From: a virus
IMG/VR virus record: IMGVR_UViG_3300033182_000487
Span: 1-64,000 of that record
Length of the DNA: 64,000 bases
Direction: 5' to 3' (one strand)
Notes under the pieces: generated by a model
Databases searched by the model: none
Told to the model about the DNA's origin: nothing
What the model saw: the letters and a program-made list of their open reading frames with translations, nothing else
Shown here: in pieces, positions 18,579 through 28,047 of the stretch
How positions within the stretch are numbered: position 1 is the first letter of the stretch
How the letters are laid out: every line of letters begins with the position of its first letter
Position numbers and translations under genes: made by a program

Positions 18579-19004
18579 ATGACAGTGAACGTGCTGCTGG
18601 ACGAGGAGTACGGCTACCGAGAGTGGCTGTGGAAGACGGGTATGACTGCCGAGCAGTTGACGGAGTGGTGGACGAGCCTCCGCTCCGTCTCGGCCTTCTT
18701 CTTCGATCCCAGCCAGGGCGGAATGCCTGGTGAGATGCTCCAGGTCATCGAGGACACCACAGACCTCAACGCCGAGGTCGCCCGAGTCCGGGCCGACGAA
18801 TCCCTCTCCACCGAGGAGCAGGACGAGGCCATCGCGAAGGCGTACCAGACGATGCCTTACAAGATGGTCATCAAGGACACCGGGGAGCCGATGCCCGACA
18901 CGAAGGGCTGGTGGCGAGGCCACCTCCACATGGACGACGACTCGTGGCTGGAGTCGTCCGAGGGCGTGATGCTGCGCCACGCGGGCTACTCCGAGGAGGA
19001 GTGA
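18579..19004 (+). CDS. Hypothetical protein
   Basis: GAGG RBS, codon bias. Confidence 0.7.
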   Translation: MTVNVLLDEEYGYREWLWKTGMTAEQLTEWWTSLRSVSAFFFDPSQGGMPGEMLQVIEDTTDLNAEVARVRADESLSTEEQDEAIAKAYQTMPYKMVIKDTGEPMPDTKGWWRGHLHMDDDSWLESSEGVMLRHAGYSEEE

Positions 19005-19011
19005 GAGCCTC

Positions 19012-19026
19012 CGGTAAAGTGCCTAT
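19012..19026 (+). promoter_or_regulatory. Class L promoter motif
   Basis: CGGTAaagtgcCTAT. Confidence 0.65.
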
Positions 19027-19062
19027 AGGATCGGGAAGGTCAAGACTTCTGGAGTGACCCCG

Positions 19063-19569
19063 ATGCCCCGCACCCTGACTGCCGCCGACCGATCTGCACT
19101 CATTCGCCTCGCGGCGACCATGGACAAGGGCTCTCCTGAGAGGAAGGCCATCCTCGCCGGACTGGAGAAGTCCGCGTCCCTTCTCATGAAGGAGTGGGAG
19201 GCCGGGCAGGAGCCGCTGTTCAAGGCGGGATCAAGCAAGGAGGAGAAGTACGTCCAGTTGTTCCGTGATCTCGCCGACAAGCGCCGCAAGACCATCCAGG
19301 TTGACCTCAAGGGCGTCATGGGCGGCAGCACCAACGGCCTCCGCGAGTTCAAGCGGGGTCGCATGGGCCGCCCGAAGCGTTGGCGTGGCGGACGGAAGGG
19401 CCCCTTTGAGCGGGTCAGCCTCTCCATCGTCCCCCTCGACGACCAGGGCAACCCCATCAAGATGCGGTCCGGCTACAAGTTGTGGCTTTCCGAGTACGAC
19501 GACGGCACGGCAGACGTGAGCGCGTCCATCGGTGACATGGCCATCATGATCAACGATATGAAGGCGTGA
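19063..19569 (+). CDS. Late protein with N-terminal tag A
   Basis: MPRTLTAADRSALIRLAATMDKGSPERKAILAGLEKSAS. Confidence 0.75.
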   Translation: MPRTLTAADRSALIRLAATMDKGSPERKAILAGLEKSASLLMKEWEAGQEPLFKAGSSKEEKYVQLFRDLADKRRKTIQVDLKGVMGGSTNGLREFKRGRMGRPKRWRGGRKGPFERVSLSIVPLDDQGNPIKMRSGYKLWLSEYDDGTADVSASIGDMAIMINDMKA

Positions 19570-19587
19570 TCGCAGCCCATCAGACCC

Positions 19588-19761
19588 ATGCCCCGTACCC
19601 TTACTGCCGCTGACCGCTCCGCACTCATTCGCCTTGCCTCGACGCTTCCTGCCGGAAGCGAGGAGCGTCAGTCCATCTTGGCTGGACTGTCGAATGCCCA
19701 TGTAAAGTCCGAAAAAACCTACACGAACGAGCGTGGGCTCAAGACTCCACGCCCGACGTAG
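19588..19761 (+). CDS. 57-aa micro-protein consisting mostly of tag A (not in ORF track)
   Basis: MPRTLTAADRSALIRLASTLPAGSEERQSILAGL...; first 17 codons identical in amino acids to 19063, with only synonymous changes. Confidence 0.6.
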   Translation: MPRTLTAADRSALIRLASTLPAGSEERQSILAGLSNAHVKSEKTYTNERGLKTPRPT

Positions 19762-20345
19762 GGACCGAAGGCTGACCTGACCCCACGACCGAACCGGGGC
19801 TGTGCCAGACCACGCATGTAGTGGACCGTCCGGGACTTCGCCTCGGTGAGTTTGTCCCACTGGTCCTCGGCGTTTTGCTTCATGCCTTCGTACTTGCTGG
19901 ACTTCTCGATGTCCAAAGAGATGCCGCCGATGGAGTATGTGTTGTGGGCGACGATGCCGTTGGCGAGGACGAAGTTCTCTGGACCCGGCACACAGAGATC
20001 GTAGGAGATGGTGAGGGGTTCACCCTGCTCAACCTCGACGGTGCATCCCCCGAGGGTTCCCTGCTGGACTTCTGCGATGGCGTCACCGGGTCGCAGGTCT
20101 TCCGCCCGAACGGGCTTGATCCCAGACCCGTGCAGATGGAACAGGGAGTGATCACAGGTGGTGGTGACCGACCGACCGTCTGGGGTCGTGCATGTGGTGG
20201 AGGGTCTGTCGCCAGTGCTGTGTTGCATCACATCTTTGATGACATGAAGGCCGACTTCTCCTGTGTCGGGGTCAACAGACCGAGTGCGGAGTTCCCCGGC
20301 GAGGAAGGCATCACGGATGGCTTGGCGGGTCTGTGCGTCGATCAT
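19719..20345 (-). CDS. C-half of a fractured gene: split-intein IntC (135 aa) + 73-aa C-extein
   Basis: Block B TTTCDHSLF, block F SYDLCVPGPENFVLANG, block G VAHN followed by Thr. Confidence 0.88.
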   Translation of the reverse strand: MIDAQTRQAIRDAFLAGELRTRSVDPDTGEVGLHVIKDVMQHSTGDRPSTTCTTPDGRSVTTTCDHSLFHLHGSGIKPVRAEDLRPGDAIAEVQQGTLGGCTVEVEQGEPLTISYDLCVPGPENFVLANGIVAHNTYSIGGISLDIEKSSKYEGMKQNAEDQWDKLTEAKSRTVHYMRGLAQPRFGRGVRSAFGPYVGRGVLSPRSFV

Positions 20346-21337
20346 GCTGCACTCCTATGGGCTTGTTCTACGGCGGCGGCGATCAAGCCCAGCGCGGTTT
20401 CGGGGTTCTCTCGGACCATGTGTCCGGGGAGTCGCAGCAGCGTCCACCCTGCTGCTTTGAGGCAGGCGTCCTTGCGCTTGTCATTTGCCAAGGTCGAGGG
20501 CACTCCAGTGTGCCCACAATCTGAACACCCATGCCAATAGCAGCCGTCGATCTCGACAGCGATTCGCAGTTCGGCGTGTGCTTCGTCCACCTCAAACGGG
20601 CCGACCTTTCCTTCGGTGGTGAATCCTGTGAATCCGGCGTTCACCATGCGGTCTTTGAATCGGAGGTGCATCTTCGATGTCTTGTTCATCGCGGCGCGTG
20701 CCTTTGCCATCGAAGTGTCCGCGATGTGGGAGCGTGCGTTTGCTGCCCCGGCAAGGGAGGCTTCTCGATTGTCTCGGTGCCACCCCCCCACCGCTTCTCT
20801 CTGCCCCCCAGACTCCCACCGGGCTTTGGTCTCCCGAGAAACAGCCTCACGGCGCTTCTGCGAGCGGTTCATTCCGACCAACCGTTCGACAAGCACTTCT
20901 CGGTAGCCTGTTTCCATGAGGCGGCGGGATGCCGCAGCGATCTGTTGGCGGGTGCGCTCCCCTTCCGGGGTCTGAAACCGAGCCTTGAGGGTTTCGGATT
21001 GCCGTGCCTTCTGGTCTTCCGTCTTGGCCTTGTTCCGCGACACCACCCCACAGAGCAGTGGTGCGTCGGGGTGTTTCTCGGAGTATTCGTTCAGGGACAG
21101 TCCCGAACACGCCCGCAAGTGCTTGGTTGTGATCTGACCCGCCCACTGACCGCACTCTCGGCACACGATGTAGTGATCCCCCTCGGACAACCCCTCGACT
21201 GCTTCCTGTGCGTACTTCGGACGGCGGGGGGTGCAGCCCTCCAGAACAGAAAGGGCACCGATCTCCGTGAGGGTCTTGATGTGCCGAGTGTTGAACCCGT
21301 ACAGAACTGAAATCTGGCGGATAGACAAGTTCATCAA
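20342..21337 (-). CDS. Free-standing Vsr/DUF559-like homing endonuclease
   Basis: FEVDEA...IAVEIDGCYWHGC...NDKRKD...GWTLLRL; Zn finger CREC..H; basic helical repeats; lower GC than flanks. Confidence 0.82.
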   Translation of the reverse strand: MMNLSIRQISVLYGFNTRHIKTLTEIGALSVLEGCTPRRPKYAQEAVEGLSEGDHYIVCRECGQWAGQITTKHLRACSGLSLNEYSEKHPDAPLLCGVVSRNKAKTEDQKARQSETLKARFQTPEGERTRQQIAAASRRLMETGYREVLVERLVGMNRSQKRREAVSRETKARWESGGQREAVGGWHRDNREASLAGAANARSHIADTSMAKARAAMNKTSKMHLRFKDRMVNAGFTGFTTEGKVGPFEVDEAHAELRIAVEIDGCYWHGCSDCGHTGVPSTLANDKRKDACLKAAGWTLLRLPGHMVRENPETALGLIAAAVEQAHRSAA

Positions 21338-22107
21338 GTCTCCGTGCAGATGGAGTGGAGTTCTTCGATGGGGAGCGTGACCTCACGCCCATCCGGCAGA
21401 TGGACGGTGACTTCGGTTTCGGGGGCGACCGAAAACTCGTTCGCGATCCAGTTGTAGACGAGCGCCTGAGCGGCGTTGACGAGTGCTCCCCACAGCAGCG
21501 CCGCCTTCCATGACGGCTTCTGGTGGCACAGCATGTCGATGGTCTTGATCTCCTCGGTCGAGGGCGGGTGCATGTTCCACTTCCAGAGGGCGATCTCCAG
21601 GTACTCGGCGAACTCCTCGTCGGTCCAGATGTAGCCGAACACCTGGTTGAAGCAGCCCACGGTGCCTTCGCCTTCGGGAGGCATGAAGCGGTAGTTGCGG
21701 TCAGGGTTGTTGTCCCTGGTCAGGAAGCGCATCTTGCGGATCAGGTCCGTCATGCAGTCGGAGTAGGGGCTGGCCTCGGTCTCGACGGCGCTGGAGACGA
21801 CGCCGAACTCCTGCACGGCCCCTTCCTCGGCGGTCGTAGCCGTCTCTCGGAAGCGCCAACGGATGCGGTAGTCGCCCGGAGCCGCGCTGGAGGGCACCTG
21901 GAGGCTGGCGTAGTACTCGCCTACCGTGGGGTTCACCGGGGTCCGGGAGGCGGACCCGATCAGCACCTCGGCGGTCGTGGTGGGGTCCACATAGTAGATG
22001 GCGTAGGAGATGCTGAAAGCGTTGGTGGGGTTCCCGTCGGCGTTGGACAGGTAGATGTCCAGGTCGCCGCGACCGAGCACCTGCCCCTGCGTGAATACGA
22101 CGGCCAT
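21334..22107 (-). CDS. N-half of a fractured gene: putative virion (neck/head-tail-like) N-extein (225 aa) + split-intein IntN (32 aa)
   Basis: Ig-like beta-rich N-terminus; ends EF|SVAPETEVTVHLPDGREVTLPIEELHSICTET (intein block A). Confidence 0.8.
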   Translation of the reverse strand: MAVVFTQGQVLGRGDLDIYLSNADGNPTNAFSISYAIYYVDPTTTAEVLIGSASRTPVNPTVGEYYASLQVPSSAAPGDYRIRWRFRETATTAEEGAVQEFGVVSSAVETEASPYSDCMTDLIRKMRFLTRDNNPDRNYRFMPPEGEGTVGCFNQVFGYIWTDEEFAEYLEIALWKWNMHPPSTEEIKTIDMLCHQKPSWKAALLWGALVNAAQALVYNWIANEFSVAPETEVTVHLPDGREVTLPIEELHSICTET

Positions 22108-22110
22108 GTG

Positions 22111-22533
22111 CTACCTCCTGTTGGTCCATGTGACGCGGTAGCCCTTGTCCCCGGTACGAGGCGAGGTCACATGCTCAATCTTGATCCGAGCACTTCCTGC
22201 CTCCTGCGCTTTCGCCAACGCCTCTCTGTAAGCCCTCATCCCAAACTCGTCTTCGGCCACCTCACCGTCGTGACCGGCTTCTTCATACAGGTAATCCTGG
22301 AGCCAGTTACGGACATCCTTCTCGGTGAGGGCGGGCCCGATCAGATCGTGGTTGTCTCTTAGGAACGCCTTTCCGTTCCTGTCCAACAGGACAGCGACGT
22401 CGAAGCCCAGATGCTCCAACACGGCTTTTGGGCTGCCCTTCCCACGACCCTTCCTATCCACGTCGATGAAATCACGGCTGGCGATGCGACCGAAGTCGTA
22501 AAGGGAGGCGACACGTCGAGAGGATGGCTGCAT
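22111..22533 (-). CDS. Hypothetical late protein
   Basis: Class L motif upstream; N-terminus MQPSSRRVASLY...RIAS. Confidence 0.7.
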   Translation of the reverse strand: MQPSSRRVASLYDFGRIASRDFIDVDRKGRGKGSPKAVLEHLGFDVAVLLDRNGKAFLRDNHDLIGPALTEKDVRNWLQDYLYEEAGHDGEVAEDEFGMRAYREALAKAQEAGSARIKIEHVTSPRTGDKGYRVTWTNRR

Positions 22534-22559
22534 GGGATTCTCCTACAGGGCTGGCTCCC

Positions 22560-22574
22560 ATAGCCTCACTACCG
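22560..22574 (-). promoter_or_regulatory. Class L promoter motif
   Basis: CGGTAgtgaggCTAT. Confidence 0.65.
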
Positions 22575-22890
22575 GAGGGCCCACCATCTCCAGAGGTCGA
22601 ACACGAGCAAAGCCCCGATGACGAGAGCCAGCAGGGACCAGATCAACCAGGCTGGAGTCTTGTCGTTCACACCCTACCGGGGCCATAGAGTTCCCACCGA
22701 CAATGGTGCCCCGCACCCCTTCTTCGGGGTGGTCGCCTGTCAGGTTCCTGCGGGGGTTTTTCGGGACGGCCCGTCTGTTGTTGTGGTTGTTGCCATGACC
22801 CCACGCAGGTGAGACGGCTCCACTGGCCAGTCTATTCCCCACCACAGGGTGTGTACGCCATGGGGGCGGCACCGCTGCACAGGAAGTCCG

Positions 22891-23301
22891 ATGCCGGAAG
22901 ACGTCTTCTCCCAACTCTTTGACTTCGGGGCTCTCGGGGTGTTCGCCGGGTTCCTGATCTGGCAGCACCTGGGGATGCAGAAGCGGTTGGACAAGATGGT
23001 CGAGCGGTTCCAGGAGCAACTCCGAGAAATCGAGGCGAAGCACGAGGAGCGCGTCGAGATCATGCGGGGCCGGTACGACGTGGTGATCGACAAGGTGCGG
23101 GCCGAAGGCCAACAGCAACTCCGGGAGTGCCTGGCCACGCGGGACGAACTGATCACCAAACTCGGCGACCAGGTCGAGGACAACGCGAAGGCGGTTGCCC
23201 AGGCGCTGATCAAGCAGGACGTGGCCCTGGCGAAACTCGACGAGGGCCTCACCGAGATGCGGCTCCAACGAGAAGTCCGCAGACGGACAGAGGACCGCTG
23301 A
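22891..23301 (+). CDS. Single-TM coiled-coil protein (holin-like)
   Basis: FGALGVFAGFLIW helix then a long coiled coil. Confidence 0.6.
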   Translation: MPEDVFSQLFDFGALGVFAGFLIWQHLGMQKRLDKMVERFQEQLREIEAKHEERVEIMRGRYDVVIDKVRAEGQQQLRECLATRDELITKLGDQVEDNAKAVAQALIKQDVALAKLDEGLTEMRLQREVRRRTEDR

Positions 23302-23726
23302 CAGCGTGACCCCACGCAACAACAACGAAGGGTGACCCCATCAAGGACATGTCCGCACGGACATGAGATCCGGTAGCCAATAAACCTCTGCCCGAAAGTC
23401 CGCGTAATACCTACGTTTTTATGGAACGAGTAAGAAAGAAGTGGTTTTTGGTGTCACTCAATCTCGATAAGCCGCTCCCGGCGGCCAGGCGGTCTTCGTG
23501 ACCCCACCATCCCACCTCTCCGGCTATCCATAGGACCATCCATACGGAAGCCCTCGTCGAGAAGCCCCGTCGGACGGTCCTTTTGAAGGTTTTCAACTTT
23601 TTTCGATTTATCTGTCCGAAAAGCGGTCCTCCTCGCCGCGTCTCGCGCGAGGGCTTCGGCAGCGTTGTTGTAAGACCGTGATCCCACGATACCTCGGCTA
23701 TGTCCGGGCACGGGTAGAGGTTTCCT

Positions 23727-25049
23727 ATGGCCCACGACGATGACGCACCGAAGACCGGCGACGACCAGGCACCGTTTGCCCTGGCTCAGAACCCTGCGCC
23801 CAACCCTCCCTCGGGGCAGGCGTACCTGACCGACAAGCAGGCGCTGACCCAGCAGATCATGGCGACCTTCCGTGCCGTGCTGCCCAGCAACTACGTCGCC
23901 CAGGTCAACGGCCCCTGGTACTCACTCCAGTTCCAGGCCATGGCCGAGCAGTTGGCCGAGATCCAGATCAGCACGACCGAGATCTACAAGGACTCCGGGT
24001 TCGACTTCACCCGGACGGATTTCTTGTGGCAGGTGCTCGGGTCGCTGGTGTTCCCCGAAGCCTCGGACCAGTCAGGCATCCCCCAGATCGACGGTGACCT
24101 GGCCTACCGCGAGTTCCTCCACAAGATGGTGCTCCTCCTGCTGGAGGGTGCGACGAAGGCCAGCATGGAAGGCGGTCTGGAAGCCCTGGACCCCAACGTG
24201 GTGGCGACCATCACCGAGCGGTATCTGGAGACACCGCCTCGTGACCCCGTGGGAGCCTGGACCATCGAGGACCAGTTCCTGATTGACATCTTCATCGAGG
24301 GTGCGACCCCCGACACCTTCCCGACCGACCCCTTCACGCTCCAGCGGAACGCGGAGTTGGTTCTCGCGGCCTTGAAGCCTGCCCACGTCTTCTACGGCTA
24401 CTCGTACCTGTTCCGGGATGCCTTCGACAAGGTGGCGGACGACACGGGGGGCATGAGCCTCGATCTGGACTCCTACTACTACGCGGACCTGCGGAAGTGG
24501 TGCCTCGGAGCCCAGCGCATCAGCGGCACCGGAGACACCCTCTCCACCCGGACCTTGTTCACCGACCCCGACGTGTCGTTTCAGAGCATCCGGGCAGGGG
24601 CCGTCCTGGAGATCGACGGCGGCACGAACGCGGGCCAGTACCGTGTCGTGAGCACACGAGCCCTCCTCTATGGGGCCGAGGCTACCGCCAGGTCGTACAC
24701 GACCTCCACGGGCCTGTCAGGCACCCTCACGGCGACCTCTGGCAACACGGTGGTGGACCCCGGACAGGACTGGGGCGCGTTCCCTGTGGACACGACCATC
24801 ACCATCGCGGACGGCCCGAACGCCGGGACGTACCGACTCGACACTGTGCTGGGCGAGACGGGTGGACCCATCGGCGTGGTCGGGGTCAGCGGCACCGAGG
24901 TCCGGCTCTCTCCGAGCACCCTCCAGGTGGCCCGGCGCATGGACGCTGTGGTGACGGGTCAGACGTACACGGTGAGCGTGGACCGCCTCGGAGTGCAGAC
25001 CCCACGGCCTGTGTCCGGCGAGGACGTCACTCTCCAGTTTCTCCTGTGA
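23727..25049 (+). CDS. Putative baseplate/tail structural protein
   Basis: LPSNY..., DFLWQVLG, YREFL, LKPAH motif typical of baseplate wedge proteins; two GxNAGxYR beta repeats. Confidence 0.65.
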   Translation: MAHDDDAPKTGDDQAPFALAQNPAPNPPSGQAYLTDKQALTQQIMATFRAVLPSNYVAQVNGPWYSLQFQAMAEQLAEIQISTTEIYKDSGFDFTRTDFLWQVLGSLVFPEASDQSGIPQIDGDLAYREFLHKMVLLLLEGATKASMEGGLEALDPNVVATITERYLETPPRDPVGAWTIEDQFLIDIFIEGATPDTFPTDPFTLQRNAELVLAALKPAHVFYGYSYLFRDAFDKVADDTGGMSLDLDSYYYADLRKWCLGAQRISGTGDTLSTRTLFTDPDVSFQSIRAGAVLEIDGGTNAGQYRVVSTRALLYGAEATARSYTTSTGLSGTLTATSGNTVVDPGQDWGAFPVDTTITIADGPNAGTYRLDTVLGETGGPIGVVGVSGTEVRLSPSTLQVARRMDAVVTGQTYTVSVDRLGVQTPRPVSGEDVTLQFLL

Positions 25050-25092
25050 TCCCGGTAGCCCTTCGATAGGACTCTCACGGTAGGAGACCCCC

Positions 25093-25821
25093 ATGAACCG
25101 AACCGCGCTTCGCAAGATTCTCGCCGAAGAAGGGCTGCTCCCTTCCCGGACGGCGTCTGCCCCAACGGCTCTCGCCAAGTTGATTTCGACTGCTCCGGGC
25201 TACGAATCCCTGAGCAGTCGGGACACGATGGGTGTCGCGAAGACACTGATCAAGACTCTCCTGGATGAAGTCAAGGACCGCATCGAGCGTGACCTGGACA
25301 TGGATGAAGCCGAGACCACGGAACGCGCCAGGGGCGAGTATGAGAAGTCGGTCGGGCGCGGTGGAGGCCCTTCCCGGTTTGGCCCTGGGGGAGATGAAGC
25401 CTACTACGACATCACGGAAGACATCGAGTACGACTACCCCCGTAGGATGAAGGTAGACCTGGAGGTAAGCGCGGACCTCGGCGGTGCCGGTACTCCCGAC
25501 AACAGCGACGAGGCCGAAGAAGAAGACCTGTTTGAAGTGCTCGGCAGGAGCCGGTTGTGGCAGTCCATCGTCAAGGACGCCCTCAAGGGTATGTGGCGCA
25601 AGTGGTTGGCTAAGGCTGCCGACGAGTTCTTTACCGAGCAGGGGTTGGAGGAGTTGAGCAATACCATCGGATCGGACCTCGACCTCTCTGTGGATGTAGA
25701 AGAAGACTGGGGGCCCTTCCGAGTTGACTACCACATCAAGTCCGTCCACCTTGCGCGGAACGGTGAGGTCACCATCGCTCTCGTGCTGACCGCCGGTTTT
25801 GAGGAGCCTGTGATCACCTAA
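25093..25821 (+). CDS. Acidic late protein with N-terminal tag B
   Basis: MNRTALRKILAEEGLLPSRTAS; class L variant CGGTA-N6-CGAT at 25053. Confidence 0.75.
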   Translation: MNRTALRKILAEEGLLPSRTASAPTALAKLISTAPGYESLSSRDTMGVAKTLIKTLLDEVKDRIERDLDMDEAETTERARGEYEKSVGRGGGPSRFGPGGDEAYYDITEDIEYDYPRRMKVDLEVSADLGGAGTPDNSDEAEEEDLFEVLGRSRLWQSIVKDALKGMWRKWLAKAADEFFTEQGLEELSNTIGSDLDLSVDVEEDWGPFRVDYHIKSVHLARNGEVTIALVLTAGFEEPVIT

Positions 25822-26168
25822 TCGGTCGTCGGCTTGATCCGGCCCATCGCTTCCTCGACGGCACCGCCGACGAACTGCTCTGCCATCTTCGACACCTGGA
25901 CTCGGACGCGCTCCTCCAGGTCACCGGGCGTGATGTCCTCGGGCCTCCTGCCTTGCGAGATCATCGTGATCGCCATGACGTAGGCTTCGCGCCGCAGGTA
26001 CTCGATGATGAACGCATGGGCGACCTGGACCAGACCGCCGGACGGCCACTCCGCAGCACGCTGGGCATCCCCAGGTGTAGCAGGACGATGCGCCGTGAAC
26101 AGGGCGTCGTCTCTCAGGCGTCGTCGGACCTCAAGAAGGAACCGGACGGTGTCGAACTGGTCGGTCAT
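25818..26168 (-). CDS. Hypothetical protein
   Basis: ORF, codon bias. Confidence 0.65.
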   Translation of the reverse strand: MTDQFDTVRFLLEVRRRLRDDALFTAHRPATPGDAQRAAEWPSGGLVQVAHAFIIEYLRREAYVMAITMISQGRRPEDITPGDLEERVRVQVSKMAEQFVGGAVEEAMGRIKPTTD

Positions 26169-26176
26169 GCCGGACT

Positions 26177-26632
26177 CTACCCGAGCCACGCCTCCGACTC
26201 GGGGGCGATGTTGGGGAGGCGGGGGCTACCACCCACTCCGTACAGGAGGGCAGCGACACCCGCGTCGTCGCGGGCCATGGCCTTCAACTTCTCGGAGAGC
26301 ACCTTCTCAAGGTCGTACTTGGCCTTCGCCTGGTCGGTCCCCTCGTCGTACTTGACGAAGAAGGTGACGGAGTTCCGGCCCTCGGTCGTCTTGAGGAGGT
26401 CGCCCATGCCGACGGTCCTGCCGACCGCCTTGAGGTCATCCACGGCATCGTCGTAGTCGCGACCGTAGGGGTCATCGAATCGGGTCCACTCCCTGGCGTT
26501 GACGTCCAGGGGGATCTCGACACTCAGGAGGTTGTCCATCCCGATGCGGCGGAAGTAGGCACGCCGCACCATCCGGTCCTGCCGGTAGGCGTGTTCCAGT
26601 GCGACTCGGTGAACAGATGCGGTACGGATCAT
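26177..26632 (-). CDS. Hypothetical late protein
   Basis: AGGAG RBS; class L motif upstream; N-terminus MIRTASVHRVAL. Confidence 0.72.
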   Translation of the reverse strand: MIRTASVHRVALEHAYRQDRMVRRAYFRRIGMDNLLSVEIPLDVNAREWTRFDDPYGRDYDDAVDDLKAVGRTVGMGDLLKTTEGRNSVTFFVKYDEGTDQAKAKYDLEKVLSEKLKAMARDDAGVAALLYGVGGSPRLPNIAPESEAWLG

Positions 26633-26659
26633 GGCGTGTCTCCTGCCCCCTGTGGGGGC

Positions 26660-26674
26660 ATAGAAGCCCTACCG
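26660..26674 (-). promoter_or_regulatory. Class L promoter motif
   Basis: CGGTAgggcttCTAT. Confidence 0.65.
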
Positions 26675-27649
26675 AGCCTCGGCCTGCGGGGCATCCCCAT
26701 CCCAGCCCCATGACCCCGTGAAGGCGCTGGCTGAGTAGTCCGTGACGCGCTTCTCAAAGAAGTTCGACATGGTGTCCCCGTTGAGCACCCAGTCGAGCCA
26801 CGGCAGCGGGTTGTCCTCGACCTTGAAGATGGCCTTGAGGCCCAACTGGTTCAAGCGGCGGTCCGCGAGGTAGCGGATGTACTGCTTCATCTCGTCTGGG
26901 GTCAGCCCCTCGACGTCACCCACCTTGTAGGCGAGGTCGATCACCTTGTCTTCCAGGTCCACAGCGGTCTCGTACATCGAGTAGACGCTGCGCTTGAAGT
27001 CGTCGGTGACGATGCGTGGGTGCTCGTCGCAGTAGGTGCGGAACAGCCGGGCCATGTTGGCGACGTGGAGCGTCTCATCTCGGATCGACCATTCGACGAC
27101 GGTACACATGCCCTTCATCTTCCCGTACCGCTGGTAGTTGAGGAGCATGACGAAGGCCGAGAACAGGCTCATGCCCTCGTTGCAGACGCTCTGGGCGAGC
27201 GCACGACCGAGGCCGCCCTTCGTGGAGACGTCGTTGTCCTGCATGAACTCGATCTTCGCGGCGAGTTCTTCGTACTCCATGAAGGCCCAGTACTCGGACT
27301 CGGCCAGCCCGAGGGTGTCGTTGAGCAGGGCGTAGGCCCGCTGGTGGACGCCCTCGCGGTTGGCGAACGAGAGCAGCATGTTCCTGATCTCGTTGTTGCG
27401 GAACTTCGGGATGAACAGGTCGCAGTAGTTGCCGCCCACCTGCACGTCGCTCTGGGTGAACAGCCGGAGGATCTGCGTGATGTGCTCACGCTCGACCGTG
27501 GTCAGGGTGCCGTTTTTCCACTGGGTCACGTCCTCTTGGAGTTCGGCTTCCCAGGAGCCCCAGTGGATCTTCTCATGCGCTTCCGTCACTTCCATGGCCC
27601 ACGGGTACTTGAACGGTTTGTAGGCTTTGCTGTACTCAGTCAGGCTCAT
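26669..27649 (-). CDS. nrdB: Ribonucleotide reductase class Ia beta subunit
   Basis: FTQSD, REGVHQRAY, EGMSLFSAF, IRDETLH, NFFEKRVTDY. Confidence 0.95.
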   Translation of the reverse strand: MSLTEYSKAYKPFKYPWAMEVTEAHEKIHWGSWEAELQEDVTQWKNGTLTTVEREHITQILRLFTQSDVQVGGNYCDLFIPKFRNNEIRNMLLSFANREGVHQRAYALLNDTLGLAESEYWAFMEYEELAAKIEFMQDNDVSTKGGLGRALAQSVCNEGMSLFSAFVMLLNYQRYGKMKGMCTVVEWSIRDETLHVANMARLFRTYCDEHPRIVTDDFKRSVYSMYETAVDLEDKVIDLAYKVGDVEGLTPDEMKQYIRYLADRRLNQLGLKAIFKVEDNPLPWLDWVLNGDTMSNFFEKRVTDYSASAFTGSWGWDGDAPQAEAR

Positions 27650-28047
27650 TGTCCCTCCAGATAGATAAGCGCGGCGCGAAGCACCGAGGGGTCTTCCCCC
27701 AGCAGGCCGAGAGCGGTGTTGCACTTCCGGCAGAGGAGACCGCGAATCTCCCCTGTGGTGTGGCAGTGGTCTACGTCCAGCCTTCCATTGAGGCTGTCTT
27801 CGGACGGTCGGCGGCAGATGGCGCACGCCCCCGCCTGTGAAGCGAGGCGTTGGTGGTAGTCCTTCTTGGTCACCCCGTACCGCTCGCGGAGATGCCCCCA
27901 ACGACGGTCGCGCTTGTAGTATTCGCGCTTGTAGTCCTTACAGAAGGCTTCACGACCACCCCCTGCTTTCAGTGAGCGTCGGTAGTAGGCGGTTTCGGAG
28001 TCCTTCGATTCCCCACACTTCGTGCAGGTCTTCGTCAACCCTGGCAT
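27646..28047 (-). CDS. Endonuclease VII-type (HNH) homing endonuclease
   Basis: CAIC...LDVDHCHTTGEIRGLLCRKCNTALG; inserted between nrdA and nrdB. Confidence 0.88.
   Translation of the reverse strand: MPGLTKTCTKCGESKDSETAYYRRSLKAGGGREAFCKDYKREYYKRDRRWGHLRERYGVTKKDYHQRLASQAGACAICRRPSEDSLNGRLDVDHCHTTGEIRGLLCRKCNTALGLLGEDPSVLRAALIYLEGQ

Noticed and set aside
20342-21337. Endonuclease as the internal domain of a cis intein broken by sequencing errors
   Set aside because: There are clean stop/start overlaps at both ends, and the split follows block A rather than lying at the usual endonuclease position.
23712-23729. Class L promoter before 23727
   Set aside because: The spacing is 8, not 6, and the CTAT overlaps the start codon; more likely just the RBS region.
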